The position numbers were made by a program, and so were the translations under genes. Positions 33,493 through 42,915 of a stretch of 64,000 nucleotides of DNA are shown in pieces; the first letter of the stretch is position 1; every line of letters begins with the position of its first letter. This DNA comes from Nitrospirales bacterium (GTDB lineage: Bacteria; Nitrospirota; Nitrospiria; Nitrospirales; UBA8639): the NCBI GenBank assembly GCA_963422365.1, contig OY729426.1, positions 1,920,001 to 1,984,000 of the forward strand. Reading direction: 5' to 3'. The notes beneath the pieces are model-generated. The model saw only the letters and a list, made by a program, of their open reading frames with translations, was not told the DNA's origin and made no database searches.

Positions 33493-36107
33493 AGAATTGG
33501 GATTTCCACGGCGCAAAGTGGTGGAAATTTGACTTTCATACACATACACCTGCATCAGCCGATTTTACAAAGCCGGAAGTTACCTGCGAAGACTGGCTGC
33601 GTGCATATATGGAGAGAGGCATTGATTGTGTAGCGGTCACTGACCATAACTGTGGTAAATGGATTGATGAACTGAAACACACGCTCCGCGATGTGGAAGA
33701 ACAAAATCCTGAATGGTATAGACCTTTCTCTCTGTTTCCAGGCGTCGAAATTTCTGTCAGTGGTGGCGTACATTTGCTCGCCATATTTGATCCAGGAAAA
33801 AAGACAGCGGATATCGATTCATTATTGGGTGCAGTAGCGTATGGTGGAAACAAGGGAAAGAGTGATGCCGAGACCAAAAAGAGCTTGAGTGATGTGATTG
33901 ACGAAATTGTTCAAGCAGACGGTATTGCTATTCCCGCCCATGTGGATAGGAAGAAAGGGCTCTTCAGCTTAAAGGGGATATCACTTGAACAAGTATTGGA
34001 CAATCCTAATATCTACGCGATGGAGTTGTGCAATAAGGATTTTCCCAAGCCTGAGTTGTATAGCTCTAACAAGACTGACTGGACAGAAGTCTGTGGCTCG
34101 GACTTTCATGGCGACCCATCAGGTGTTTTCACCTGGGTAAAGATGGAGGATCCCTCTATTGAGGGGCTTCGCCTTGCCTTGATTGATGGGGATTCGTCGG
34201 TTAACCGGGATATGGACGTAGAGCCAAACCAGTACGCAGAATATGTGATCGAAGAAATCATTGTTGAGAAAGCTAAATATATTGGACGCCCCGAGGCTCT
34301 AACCTGCCAATTCAGCCCTTTTCTGAACACGATCATCGGCGGACGTGGCAGCGGCAAATCCACTTTGCTGGAATTTATGCGTTTAGCCTTGAGACGAACA
34401 CAAGATCTGCCGACTAGACTCAAAGATGACTATCAAGGCTATTTCAGAACAGACGAGGCGGGTGGACTCCTGACTCGAGGTAGCAGTCTGCGCCTTGTCT
34501 ATCGTAAAGGAGATACTCGCTATTGTCTCAACTGGAACGCGACTTCTGCCCCCCCCTCATTAGAAGAGTGGGATGAAGCAGCAGCAGATTGGCAGGAGGT
34601 AGAGGGCGAAATCGAATCGCTGTTTCCGGTCAGTATCTATAGCCAAAAGCAGATTTTTGAATTGGCAAGCGAACCACAAGGGTTGCTGGGGATCATCGAC
34701 AGGGCACCCGAGGTCGAGTTTGACGAATATCACGGGGCATTTCAGGATTGCAGCAACAGTTGCAAGCAAATCATTCAGCAGAAGACTCAACTAACTCAGA
34801 AAATCGACGAAGAAACTAAATTAAAGGGGCAATTGAATGACCTGACACGACAGATTGAACAGGTGGAAAAATCCGGACACAAAGATGCGTTGCAGAAATA
34901 TCGATTACGTCAACAGCAGTTAACTGAGATTAAGTATGTTGAGCAACACTGGGAAGGGTTTTGGGATGGCATGCGCGAGGTGCTCGCCGAGGCAGATGTG
35001 GCAGCAGTTGATAAGAATTTTTTTACCCAACACCCAGAGATATTGACTTCGTTGCAAGGCCAACAACATCAATGGCGAGAGCAGATCAACCAAATACGCA
35101 AGATTGTCGAAAAGCAGGGAGAAGACCTGAATCAATGGCAGACCGAAAAGCAGAAGCAGACTTGGATGAAAGTACTCAATCGGGATTTGCAACAGTACGA
35201 GCAGTTACGCGCTCAGTTGGAGCAACAAGAAATTGATCCGCAAGCCTATCCCAATTTATTGCAAAAATATTCGTGGGTAGAGAAAGAACTCCAACAAATA
35301 GCAGACTATAAGGCGCAAAGAGATAGATTAACAAAACAATGCCGGGCGAAATGTTCAGATGCCAAACGCCACAGGGAGGAATTGACGGAACGAAGAAGAT
35401 GTTTCCTCAGACGTGTTTTGGAGGGCAATGAATCAGTCAAGATAACCGTTCAACCTTTTGCCGAGCCCTGGGCGGATATAGAGAAAACAATCAGGGAAAT
35501 ATTGCAGGTAGGGGATCGTTTTGACAGAGACATTGAGGCACTGAAACAGGTCATTGACGAAAAAGGATGGGAGCCAGCAAAGCAAAGAATATTCGATATT
35601 CGAGGAGGTAAGGACCCTGCCAAAGACTCACGCTTTCAAAGCCATTTACAAGGCTTGCCCAACGAATCGTTACTAGATCTGCGGCTGTGGTTTCCTGAAG
35701 ATGCCTTGCAAATCACCTACGGGGAAAATGGCAAAAGGATCCATGAAGGCTCTCCGGGGCAAAAATCTGCGGCGTTGTTGGCATTTATCCTTGCCCATGG
35801 TGATGAACCTCTCCTGCTTGACCAGCCAGAGGATGATTTGGACAACGACCTTATTTATAGTTTGATCGTGCAGACCATGAGAGCCACTAAAACCAAACGG
35901 CAAATTATTGTTGTGACCCACAATGCCAATATCGTGGTCAATGGTCATTCTGAAATGGTGCACTGTTTGAATGTGGCGAACGGACAATCGCACGTGACAT
36001 CTAAAAGCCTCCAATCCGAAGCCATCAGGAAGCGCATTTGCGATACGATGGAAGGCGGTAGCAAAGCCTTTGAGCAACGCTACAAGCGCATCCATCTAGA
36101 GAGTTAG
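33489..36107 (+). CDS. PHP phosphoesterase fused to SMC-like ABC ATPase (Ppl/TrlF-like), candidate anti-phage protein
   Basis: PHP motifs DFHTHT, TDHN, GVEIS, AHVD, GSDFH; Walker A GGRGSGKST; Q-loop YSQKQ; coiled coil; signature SPGQ; Walker B LLLDQPEDDLD; VTHN. The ATG at 33489 overlaps the mod stop codon. Confidence 0.85.
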   Translation: MKNWDFHGAKWWKFDFHTHTPASADFTKPEVTCEDWLRAYMERGIDCVAVTDHNCGKWIDELKHTLRDVEEQNPEWYRPFSLFPGVEISVSGGVHLLAIFDPGKKTADIDSLLGAVAYGGNKGKSDAETKKSLSDVIDEIVQADGIAIPAHVDRKKGLFSLKGISLEQVLDNPNIYAMELCNKDFPKPELYSSNKTDWTEVCGSDFHGDPSGVFTWVKMEDPSIEGLRLALIDGDSSVNRDMDVEPNQYAEYVIEEIIVEKAKYIGRPEALTCQFSPFLNTIIGGRGSGKSTLLEFMRLALRRTQDLPTRLKDDYQGYFRTDEAGGLLTRGSSLRLVYRKGDTRYCLNWNATSAPPSLEEWDEAAADWQEVEGEIESLFPVSIYSQKQIFELASEPQGLLGIIDRAPEVEFDEYHGAFQDCSNSCKQIIQQKTQLTQKIDEETKLKGQLNDLTRQIEQVEKSGHKDALQKYRLRQQQLTEIKYVEQHWEGFWDGMREVLAEADVAAVDKNFFTQHPEILTSLQGQQHQWREQINQIRKIVEKQGEDLNQWQTEKQKQTWMKVLNRDLQQYEQLRAQLEQQEIDPQAYPNLLQKYSWVEKELQQIADYKAQRDRLTKQCRAKCSDAKRHREELTERRRCFLRRVLEGNESVKITVQPFAEPWADIEKTIREILQVGDRFDRDIEALKQVIDEKGWEPAKQRIFDIRGGKDPAKDSRFQSHLQGLPNESLLDLRLWFPEDALQITYGENGKRIHEGSPGQKSAALLAFILAHGDEPLLLDQPEDDLDNDLIYSLIVQTMRATKTKRQIIVVTHNANIVVNGHSEMVHCLNVANGQSHVTSKSLQSEAIRKRICDTMEGGSKAFEQRYKRIHLES

Positions 36108-36109
36108 CC

Positions 36110-37351
36110 ATGCTTAATGTCGCACAGATTATAGAAAAGATACGCATCGGTGAAAATTCAGGAATTGAATTCAAGGAAGCCCGCATCAGCAATGATAAAG
36201 TAATGGTGCCTCATCGTGATAATTTGTCGGATGAGTTGGCAGCGTTTGCCAATCACTCCGGTGGTATCATTATTTTTGGCGTTGCGGATAAGACCCGACA
36301 GATTGTCGGCGTTGATCCCTCAAACGTCAGTACGCTGGTCAGCTACATTAGCGAAATTTGCTGCGATTCCGTTGCTCCCCCCATCGTGTATTTTTATGTG
36401 GATAGCGTTCAGGTGACGGATGAAGCAGGTAAAGAAAAGCATCTGGTTTATGTGCAAGTTGAAAGAAGTCTTTGGCTCCATAAAAGCAAAAACGGCTATT
36501 TTTACCGGCATGGGAATAGCAAAAGAGAAATGAGCTCTGAGCATCTGCTGCGGGTAGGGCAAAGCCGCTCACAAGTACGTATTGTTCTCTTTGATGAGCA
36601 GGCCGTCCCCAATACCAGCCAAGACACTCTGCAAAAAGATCTGTACATGCGGTTTGTCGCTGACGACAAGCCGTCATCACTGTGCAAACGCCGACTGCTG
36701 GTGTCACACAACGATAATTTTCATGCAACCGTTGCCGGGGTTTTGATGTGTAGCCCCACGCCCGATGAGCATCTCTACAACAGTTACATTCAAGCAGTTT
36801 CTTACAGCGGTCAAACCAAGGATGCTAATTATCAGATTGATGCGAAGGATTATCGCGGTCCTTTGGATAAACAAATCATTGGGGCCTATCATTTTGTCAA
36901 CCAACACAACCGGATTTCGGCAAAAAAAGAGATGGGCAGAGAAGAAAAACCACAGTACAGCATGAAAGCCGTGTTCGAAGCATTCGTGAATGCGGTTGTA
37001 CACAGGGATTATTCCATACACGGCTCCAAAATCCGCTTATTCATGTTTACTGATCGGCTTGAGCTATATTCGCCTGGAGCACTTGCCAACACGTTAACGA
37101 TTGACAACTTGATTGATAACCAGTTTACGCGCAATGAATTACTGTCTCGTCTGCTGTCTGATTCGTCAATAGATGATGAAATAGGTCATGCCGTGAACCG
37201 AAGATATTTTTTGGAACGTCGTGGCGAAGGTGTCGGTATTATCCTCAATGAGAGTGAGAAACTTAGTGGCAAGCGACCAGTGTATGAACTACTTGGCGGA
37301 GAGCTGAAATTGACCATTCATGCCGCAAAATCATTGCAGAAATCCGATTAG
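36110..37351 (+). CDS. Schlafen/AlbA_2 domain plus HATPase_c_4 protein
   Basis: GENSGIEFKE, LAAFANHSGGIIIFGVAD; EAFVNAVVHRDYS, SPG, RNELL, ERRGEG. Confidence 0.85.
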   Translation: MLNVAQIIEKIRIGENSGIEFKEARISNDKVMVPHRDNLSDELAAFANHSGGIIIFGVADKTRQIVGVDPSNVSTLVSYISEICCDSVAPPIVYFYVDSVQVTDEAGKEKHLVYVQVERSLWLHKSKNGYFYRHGNSKREMSSEHLLRVGQSRSQVRIVLFDEQAVPNTSQDTLQKDLYMRFVADDKPSSLCKRRLLVSHNDNFHATVAGVLMCSPTPDEHLYNSYIQAVSYSGQTKDANYQIDAKDYRGPLDKQIIGAYHFVNQHNRISAKKEMGREEKPQYSMKAVFEAFVNAVVHRDYSIHGSKIRLFMFTDRLELYSPGALANTLTIDNLIDNQFTRNELLSRLLSDSSIDDEIGHAVNRRYFLERRGEGVGIILNESEKLSGKRPVYELLGGELKLTIHAAKSLQKSD

Positions 37352-38757
37352 TGCCCCTCCACCCCGACTTCCCCATTCTCCCCACGCCGCACTAAACCCC
37401 GATGTACGCTGGTTTCCAGCCAATGAAGCCCTGCGTGAGACAACGATGGATAAACTCATGCCACCACTGGTGGCTGTCCTCCGCCGGAAGGTGAAGGAAT
37501 TTCGCGATAGCGGCTATGCGGGTGCGTCCACACTAGTCGCAGCTTGCTTAACGGGTGGTCCAAGAAACCACACTTGCTGGAGCAAGCCGATGACAGTGTG
37601 GCGGAGTTCCGCTATTTCTTCTCCCAGAGAGAGGCCATAGAGACAATTGTCTATCTCTACGACGCGGTCGGCGCGAAAGACAATAGGACTTGATGTGCTT
37701 CGACAGTAGCGGGGTGGTGTCGGCGGAAATGTTTGATGAAACTTGGCGGCGTTCTGTCATCAAGATGGCGACCGGTAGCGGCAAGACCAGGGTGATGAGC
37801 TTGGCGTTGGCGTGGAATTTTCTACCACAAGCTTTATGAGCCGGAGTCGGAGCTGTCACGCGACGTTCTGGTAATTGCGTCCGGCATCATCATCCTGGAT
37901 CGCCTGTATCGGTATTTTCAGGGCTTGCGGATTTTTTCGCCGACCCGGTCATTTCCGACAACGGCTTTCACGGTCACAACTGGCAAGACGGTTTTCAGTT
38001 GACCCTGCACAAACAGGACGAAGTGCGGGTGACACACCCAACGGGGAACATCTTCCTGACCAATATGCACCGGGTGTATTCCGGTGAGGACCTCCCCCGT
38101 CACTCGACGACGAGAACACGATGGATTACTTCCTCGACAAGCGACCCATGGGAGCCACAACGGATTCCAAGGTCGATGTGTGTTGGGCACGGATGCTTTC
38201 ATGGATTTCGTCGAGTCCATACAGGCGCGGGCGTGGAGTTGGAACGCAAGGCCATGGGTAAAGGCACCGGACCGAAAACGCCAGTAGTGGTAGAGATTGA
38301 TAAGAATAATAAGCAGAAAGATAGAGATGCTCTGGACATTGAGAGTCCGGTGCTGACGCCGCGTGTTTATCGGGAATACAAGAATCCGGCCGATCTTGAT
38401 GTCGCGACGCTGGAAGTCCAAACGGTTAACTCCCGACAATTCAGCGAGGAAGATCAGTGCGAGATCGTATTCAAGGACATCACCACCGGCGAAGTGACCC
38501 ATATGACCGTATTGGATGGCGCGGGAGTTGCTGACTACCACAGCATGATCGGCTACTTCGCACAGACGGTAATGAGGAACGGCGACTGGTGAGCAGTTAC
38601 GATGTGCTCTACGGTAAAATCAAGGGCTCTGTGCGGGATGAGTTATATGGGGAGACGGTTGAACTTGAATCCCCGAACACACTTCGCAATCTTTCCAGGC
38701 GTGCAGCGACGTGGTGTCGTACGCGAAGAACTACCTGGCGGTGAATTTCAAATTATG
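37351..38757 (+). pseudogene. Type III R-M restriction subunit (Res helicase/nuclease) remnant with internal deletions
   Basis: GTG start overlapping the upstream stop; MPLHPDFP, RWFPANEALRE..MDKLMPPLV, Walker A KMATGSGKT, GNIFLTNMHRVY, GTDAFMDFVESI, DVVSYAKNYLAVNFKL. Many frameshifts. Confidence 0.78.
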
Positions 38758-38903
38758 TCTCCATCTCAAAGAGTTAAGAGATAACAGAGTCTCCCGCTTT
38801 TATCTGAATTGCCCATCTGAAAAATCGTGTGGTAAGATCCAAAAGTTGTTTGAGGTCTGTCGGTGTCTACCTTGACCGCTTCTTACTAAATTGGAGGATG
38901 CCA

Positions 38904-39449
38904 ATGAAACGCCAATGCTCTCTCTTTATACTCGTTACGTTTTTTCTCACCATGCTGACGACGGCCTGGGCTGGTGGATTTTTTAAGGTCGGGGAGTCGG
39001 CCCCAACCTTCTCGCTTACCTCAGTCACAGGGGAAACCGTCTCGCTGCAAGACTTCCAAGGCAAAGTAGTGGTGCTTGGACTTTTTCACATTTGCGAACC
39101 CTGCCGCATTCAAGGTACGAATTTACAAAAAGTGCATGACGCCACGCGCGGACAAAACGTCGCGGTGATCGGCGTGAACTCCTCAGGCGATTCCCAAGCC
39201 GACGTGCTAGAATTTCTCAGCGTCTTTCCCGTGAACATCACGTATCCCTATCTCACGGATCCAGACCAAATGACCGATAAATTATATGGCGGCGGACGCT
39301 TTATTCCGAACGTCTATATTCTGGATCAAAATGGCGTGATTCGATGGCAACAAGTCGGCAACATGGATTTGGCGAATCATACGGCGATCCTGGATGAGGT
39401 GAATAAATTATTGGCCGGTGAGCCATCATCCGGATCGACCGACTTATAA
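38904..39449 (+). CDS. Exported TlpA/redoxin-family thioredoxin-fold protein
   Basis: Signal peptide, VGESAPTFSL, CEPC motif, IPNVYILDQNGVIR; GGAGG RBS. Confidence 0.85.
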   Translation: MKRQCSLFILVTFFLTMLTTAWAGGFFKVGESAPTFSLTSVTGETVSLQDFQGKVVVLGLFHICEPCRIQGTNLQKVHDATRGQNVAVIGVNSSGDSQADVLEFLSVFPVNITYPYLTDPDQMTDKLYGGGRFIPNVYILDQNGVIRWQQVGNMDLANHTAILDEVNKLLAGEPSSGSTDL

Positions 39450-39579
39450 TTGTACTGGCATGTTTTCAGGCCGTATCAGATGCCGCGGTTCAAGACGGTT
39501 CTTCCGATGAAGCAGTATAAGCTGCAGCAGCTACAATTATTGCGTTCCTGTATGGAAGTGAAAGGATTCAAGAAACGAA

Positions 39580-39819
39580 ATGGATGAGTTTGAAGAGGGG
39601 AAAGCCAAGCTCCTTGAACTGGTGAGAGGCATCGCGAGCGCGGTCGAGGTGGTCATTCCGGTTACTCCTTCCCAGGGCCGGTTTTTGATTTCTCTTACCA
39701 AAGGGGCCAATCGAAAATTTATCACGGTGCCGGAAGACGATATTCTTGATCTGCCTTTGGAAGAAGACATTCTTTCCAAAACAACGGCCCTGCTCCAGGA
39801 GACGATTGCCGAGCTATGA
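39580..39819 (+). CDS. Small hypothetical protein
   Basis: 79 aa; ATGA overlap with the next gene. Confidence 0.6.
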   Translation: MDEFEEGKAKLLELVRGIASAVEVVIPVTPSQGRFLISLTKGANRKFITVPEDDILDLPLEEDILSKTTALLQETIAEL

Positions 39820-40409
39820 AGCCGATTCTCCCTGGAGTCGCCACGTGGTCGTGGTTTTCTGAAGAAAAACAGATTAATTTTAACGGTCATTTATTGGACA
39901 TCGGCGAACATCGAATTCTGGTTGATCCGCCGCCTCTCTCGGATTCCGATTTGGCGCAGCTCGGCGCTGCCGGTCAAATTGATTACATCCTTCTCACCAA
40001 TCGAGATCACGTGCGTGAAGCCGCAACGTACAAGGAGATGGTGAACACGCGGGTGTACGTCCCGGAAAAAGACGCGTCGGAAATACCGGTGACTCCCGAC
40101 AAAACCTTTGTTGACGGCGAACTCCTACCCGGCGGGATTTGGGTCGTGCAACTCTCCAATCAAAAGTCACCTGGTGAGTCGGCCTTGTTTATCCAACAAG
40201 GACAGGGCATCCTGATTGTCGGTGATGCCTTGCTTGGCAAACCTGAAGGGTCGGTGAGTATGCTGCCCGCTGAAAAATATGCTGATCCCGCCACGGCACG
40301 TGAAGGGTTGCGCCGATTGCTGAAGTATCATTTTGATTCGCTCCTGGTCGGTGACGGGAGTTCCATCTTGACCGGCGCCAAAGCGGTCGTTGAGCAGGCG
40401 TTGCAATAA
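39816..40409 (+). CDS. Metallo-beta-lactamase-fold protein with degenerate metal site
   Basis: ILVDPP, LLTNRDH, SPGE, IVGDAL, LLVGDG. Confidence 0.7.
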   Translation: MKPILPGVATWSWFSEEKQINFNGHLLDIGEHRILVDPPPLSDSDLAQLGAAGQIDYILLTNRDHVREAATYKEMVNTRVYVPEKDASEIPVTPDKTFVDGELLPGGIWVVQLSNQKSPGESALFIQQGQGILIVGDALLGKPEGSVSMLPAEKYADPATAREGLRRLLKYHFDSLLVGDGSSILTGAKAVVEQALQ

Positions 40410-40451
40410 GCGATGACTGTTTCCTTCCTTGTCTAGATTCATGATTCAGCC

Positions 40452-41288
40452 GTGACCATCTACATGCAACCGTCTCATTCGGCTCAACTCAATCAACAAG
40501 GTAATGCGCACTTTTCCCGAGGGTTCTACACGGAAGCCTACCAGTGTTATGCCAGGGCGTTGGAAGCTGATCGAAAAAGCGGCGATCCCAGGACACTCGC
40601 TGCGACATTGGGAAATCTTGGGAATATCTGTGCCGTAAGTGGTAAACGCCAACAGGCTCAAGAACATTATCAAGAGGTCTTGGAATTGCAGAAGACAATC
40701 GGGGACAATCGCGGGATTAGCGCAACACTTGCCAACCTCGGCAATTTGCATGTAGACGCCGGCGAATGGGAACGAGGCCGCGCTTACTATCTTGAGGCCT
40801 TGGACGGCATGGAGCTTTTTCAAGACGATGCGGCCAAGGCGGTCTTGCTCTCTGATTTAGGGTTAGTGGCAAAGGAAACTCGACACTTTGTGCAAGCCAG
40901 GGACTATTACTCGGAGTCGATTCCCTTAATGCAGCGAGTCGGAAATCACGCGGGTCAGGCCGACGTGTTTAAGATGATGGCGCGGATGTACGTGGCATGG
41001 GAACGTTATGATGATGCCATAGCCTGTGCGCAAACAAGCCTGGCCATTGCGGAGCGGCTTCATGATGAATTACGTATGGGTGGAGCTTGGTACGTGATGG
41101 CCGATTGCCATAACGCAAAGGGCGATGAGGATCAGGAAGCCCACTTCCTTCATCGCGTGGTTCGCGTGGATCGTAAATACGGTTTGCCCAAACTTGAAGA
41201 AAACACCAAGCGGCTTGAAGCGCTTCTGACTCGGCTGACGAGTAAACGTGCACAATCAATGGCCAGAGGCAAGGTGCCTCATGATTGA
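40452..41288 (+). CDS. Tetratricopeptide repeat protein
   Basis: Repeated helices of the type AATLGNLGNI / ATLANLGNLH / AVLLSDLGLV. Confidence 0.85.
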   Translation: MTIYMQPSHSAQLNQQGNAHFSRGFYTEAYQCYARALEADRKSGDPRTLAATLGNLGNICAVSGKRQQAQEHYQEVLELQKTIGDNRGISATLANLGNLHVDAGEWERGRAYYLEALDGMELFQDDAAKAVLLSDLGLVAKETRHFVQARDYYSESIPLMQRVGNHAGQADVFKMMARMYVAWERYDDAIACAQTSLAIAERLHDELRMGGAWYVMADCHNAKGDEDQEAHFLHRVVRVDRKYGLPKLEENTKRLEALLTRLTSKRAQSMARGKVPHD

Positions 41289-41715
41289 CGGATCTTGCCA
41301 GGGATGGCAACAAGTCCAAGACCATCTGAAGAAAACCACCCCAAACTTTGTACAATATCAACCCGGTGGCGCGTTAACCCTTGAATTGGATGATCAAGAT
41401 TGGCAACTCGAAATTACACCAGCCGGCTTCCTTGTTTGTCAGGCGGGGTATGCGCTGGAAGACATGCAGAGCCTGCTATCTGATGGCACGGCCGAAGATC
41501 TGGGAAGCGATGAATTGGCCAAACAAGCCAAGTTTTACATTCAACAGGTTGTCTCGAAATATCGTAATCATCTCATAAAGGACGGCTTTAGCGAACGCAT
41601 CGAAATGAATGATGAGTACGTTGCGGTGTTTTTCGAGCGTCCGGTGGATTTCGACAATCTGTCGCAACTTGAACAAGTGATCACACGATATCGACAGCAG
41701 TTTGCTGCCACCTGA
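41281..41715 (+). CDS. Hypothetical protein
   Basis: The ATG at 41281 overlaps the end of the TPR gene; protein-like composition. Confidence 0.65.
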   Translation: MIDGSCQGWQQVQDHLKKTTPNFVQYQPGGALTLELDDQDWQLEITPAGFLVCQAGYALEDMQSLLSDGTAEDLGSDELAKQAKFYIQQVVSKYRNHLIKDGFSERIEMNDEYVAVFFERPVDFDNLSQLEQVITRYRQQFAAT

Positions 41716-41751
41716 AATATTCCTCATCTCAGTCTCAAAAGGGATTTTTTC

Positions 41752-42786
41752 ATGAATACTCAACTTCCCATTCGTACAATGGATGAATTTCGTGATGCTG
41801 TCTCTACCTTTCGCTTGTCACGTGTTTTTGCTACGGCATTGGATCTCGACCTCTTTACCTGCATGGGACATAGATTTTGGACCCCCAAAGCCTTGGCCAA
41901 AACGTTGAAGGCCAGTGAACGGGGAATCGAGATTCTCCTTCGCAACTTGGAAACCGCCGGCTTACTCAAACAACGGGGACCTTCCTATGGCGTAGAGAGA
42001 GTCGGTCGCACTTTTTTGAATCGAAACAGTCCGGCTTATCAAGGGGCCTATTTGGATCTCCTCCATCGCCAGTGGGAAAATTGGGCACAGCTCACTAATG
42101 CCGTTCGAACGGGCAAACCGATTGAAAATGAAGGACCGGATGAGCCGGAATATCGACGATCATTTACCTGGGCGATGCATCAGCGCTCCGTAAAGCCTGC
42201 AAAACAAGTGGCCGCCCAACTCAATCTGAACAACGCAAAAATGCTGTTGGACGTTGGAGGAGGGCCCGGCACGTATGCAGTAGAGTTTTTGAAGAAAAAT
42301 TCTACGTTGCAGGCAGGGATCTGGGATCGTCACCCAGCTCTTGAAGTCGCCCAAGAAATCGCCAAACCGTTACGACATGGCAAGCGACTGTCCTATTACC
42401 CAGGCGATCTTTTTGAAAGTCCGGTGCCTGGAAAATTTGATGTGATGTGGGTATCGAACGTACTGCACATTTTTTCGCCGACTGAAAATAAAACCCTACT
42501 CCGAAAACTCAAACGGGCGCTCAACCCCGGAGGACGCATTCTGATTCAAGATACCTTCCTTATGAACAAACCAGGATTCGACATCGCAGAAACCAACCTG
42601 TTTGCGATCACGATGCTCTTATTCACCCCAACGGGGAACACCTATAGCGCCCAAGACGTACAACAGTGGCTCAAGACCTGCGGACTCAAAAAAACCAGGT
42701 GCCTTCAGTTGAAAAAAGGAACCGGTGATTGGGACGGGGTCATTATTGAAGGAAAGGTGGAGAAGCCGTACATCCCCCATAAATAA
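41752..42786 (+). CDS. O-methyltransferase (Methyltransf_2 with dimerisation domain)
   Basis: TALDLDLF, LLDVGGGPG, GDLF, SNVLH, LNPGGRILI. Confidence 0.88.
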   Translation: MNTQLPIRTMDEFRDAVSTFRLSRVFATALDLDLFTCMGHRFWTPKALAKTLKASERGIEILLRNLETAGLLKQRGPSYGVERVGRTFLNRNSPAYQGAYLDLLHRQWENWAQLTNAVRTGKPIENEGPDEPEYRRSFTWAMHQRSVKPAKQVAAQLNLNNAKMLLDVGGGPGTYAVEFLKKNSTLQAGIWDRHPALEVAQEIAKPLRHGKRLSYYPGDLFESPVPGKFDVMWVSNVLHIFSPTENKTLLRKLKRALNPGGRILIQDTFLMNKPGFDIAETNLFAITMLLFTPTGNTYSAQDVQQWLKTCGLKKTRCLQLKKGTGDWDGVIIEGKVEKPYIPHK

Positions 42787-42915
42787 TGTCGCAGCCGCAT
42801 CCCATGCGACCTAACCGCGTATCTGACTAACGACCTACCATCTATCGATGGTACTCAGGACAGGTAAGATCTCGCCGCGAAAAAATTCATTCGGATCCCT
42901 ACGACGCAGGCCTTC

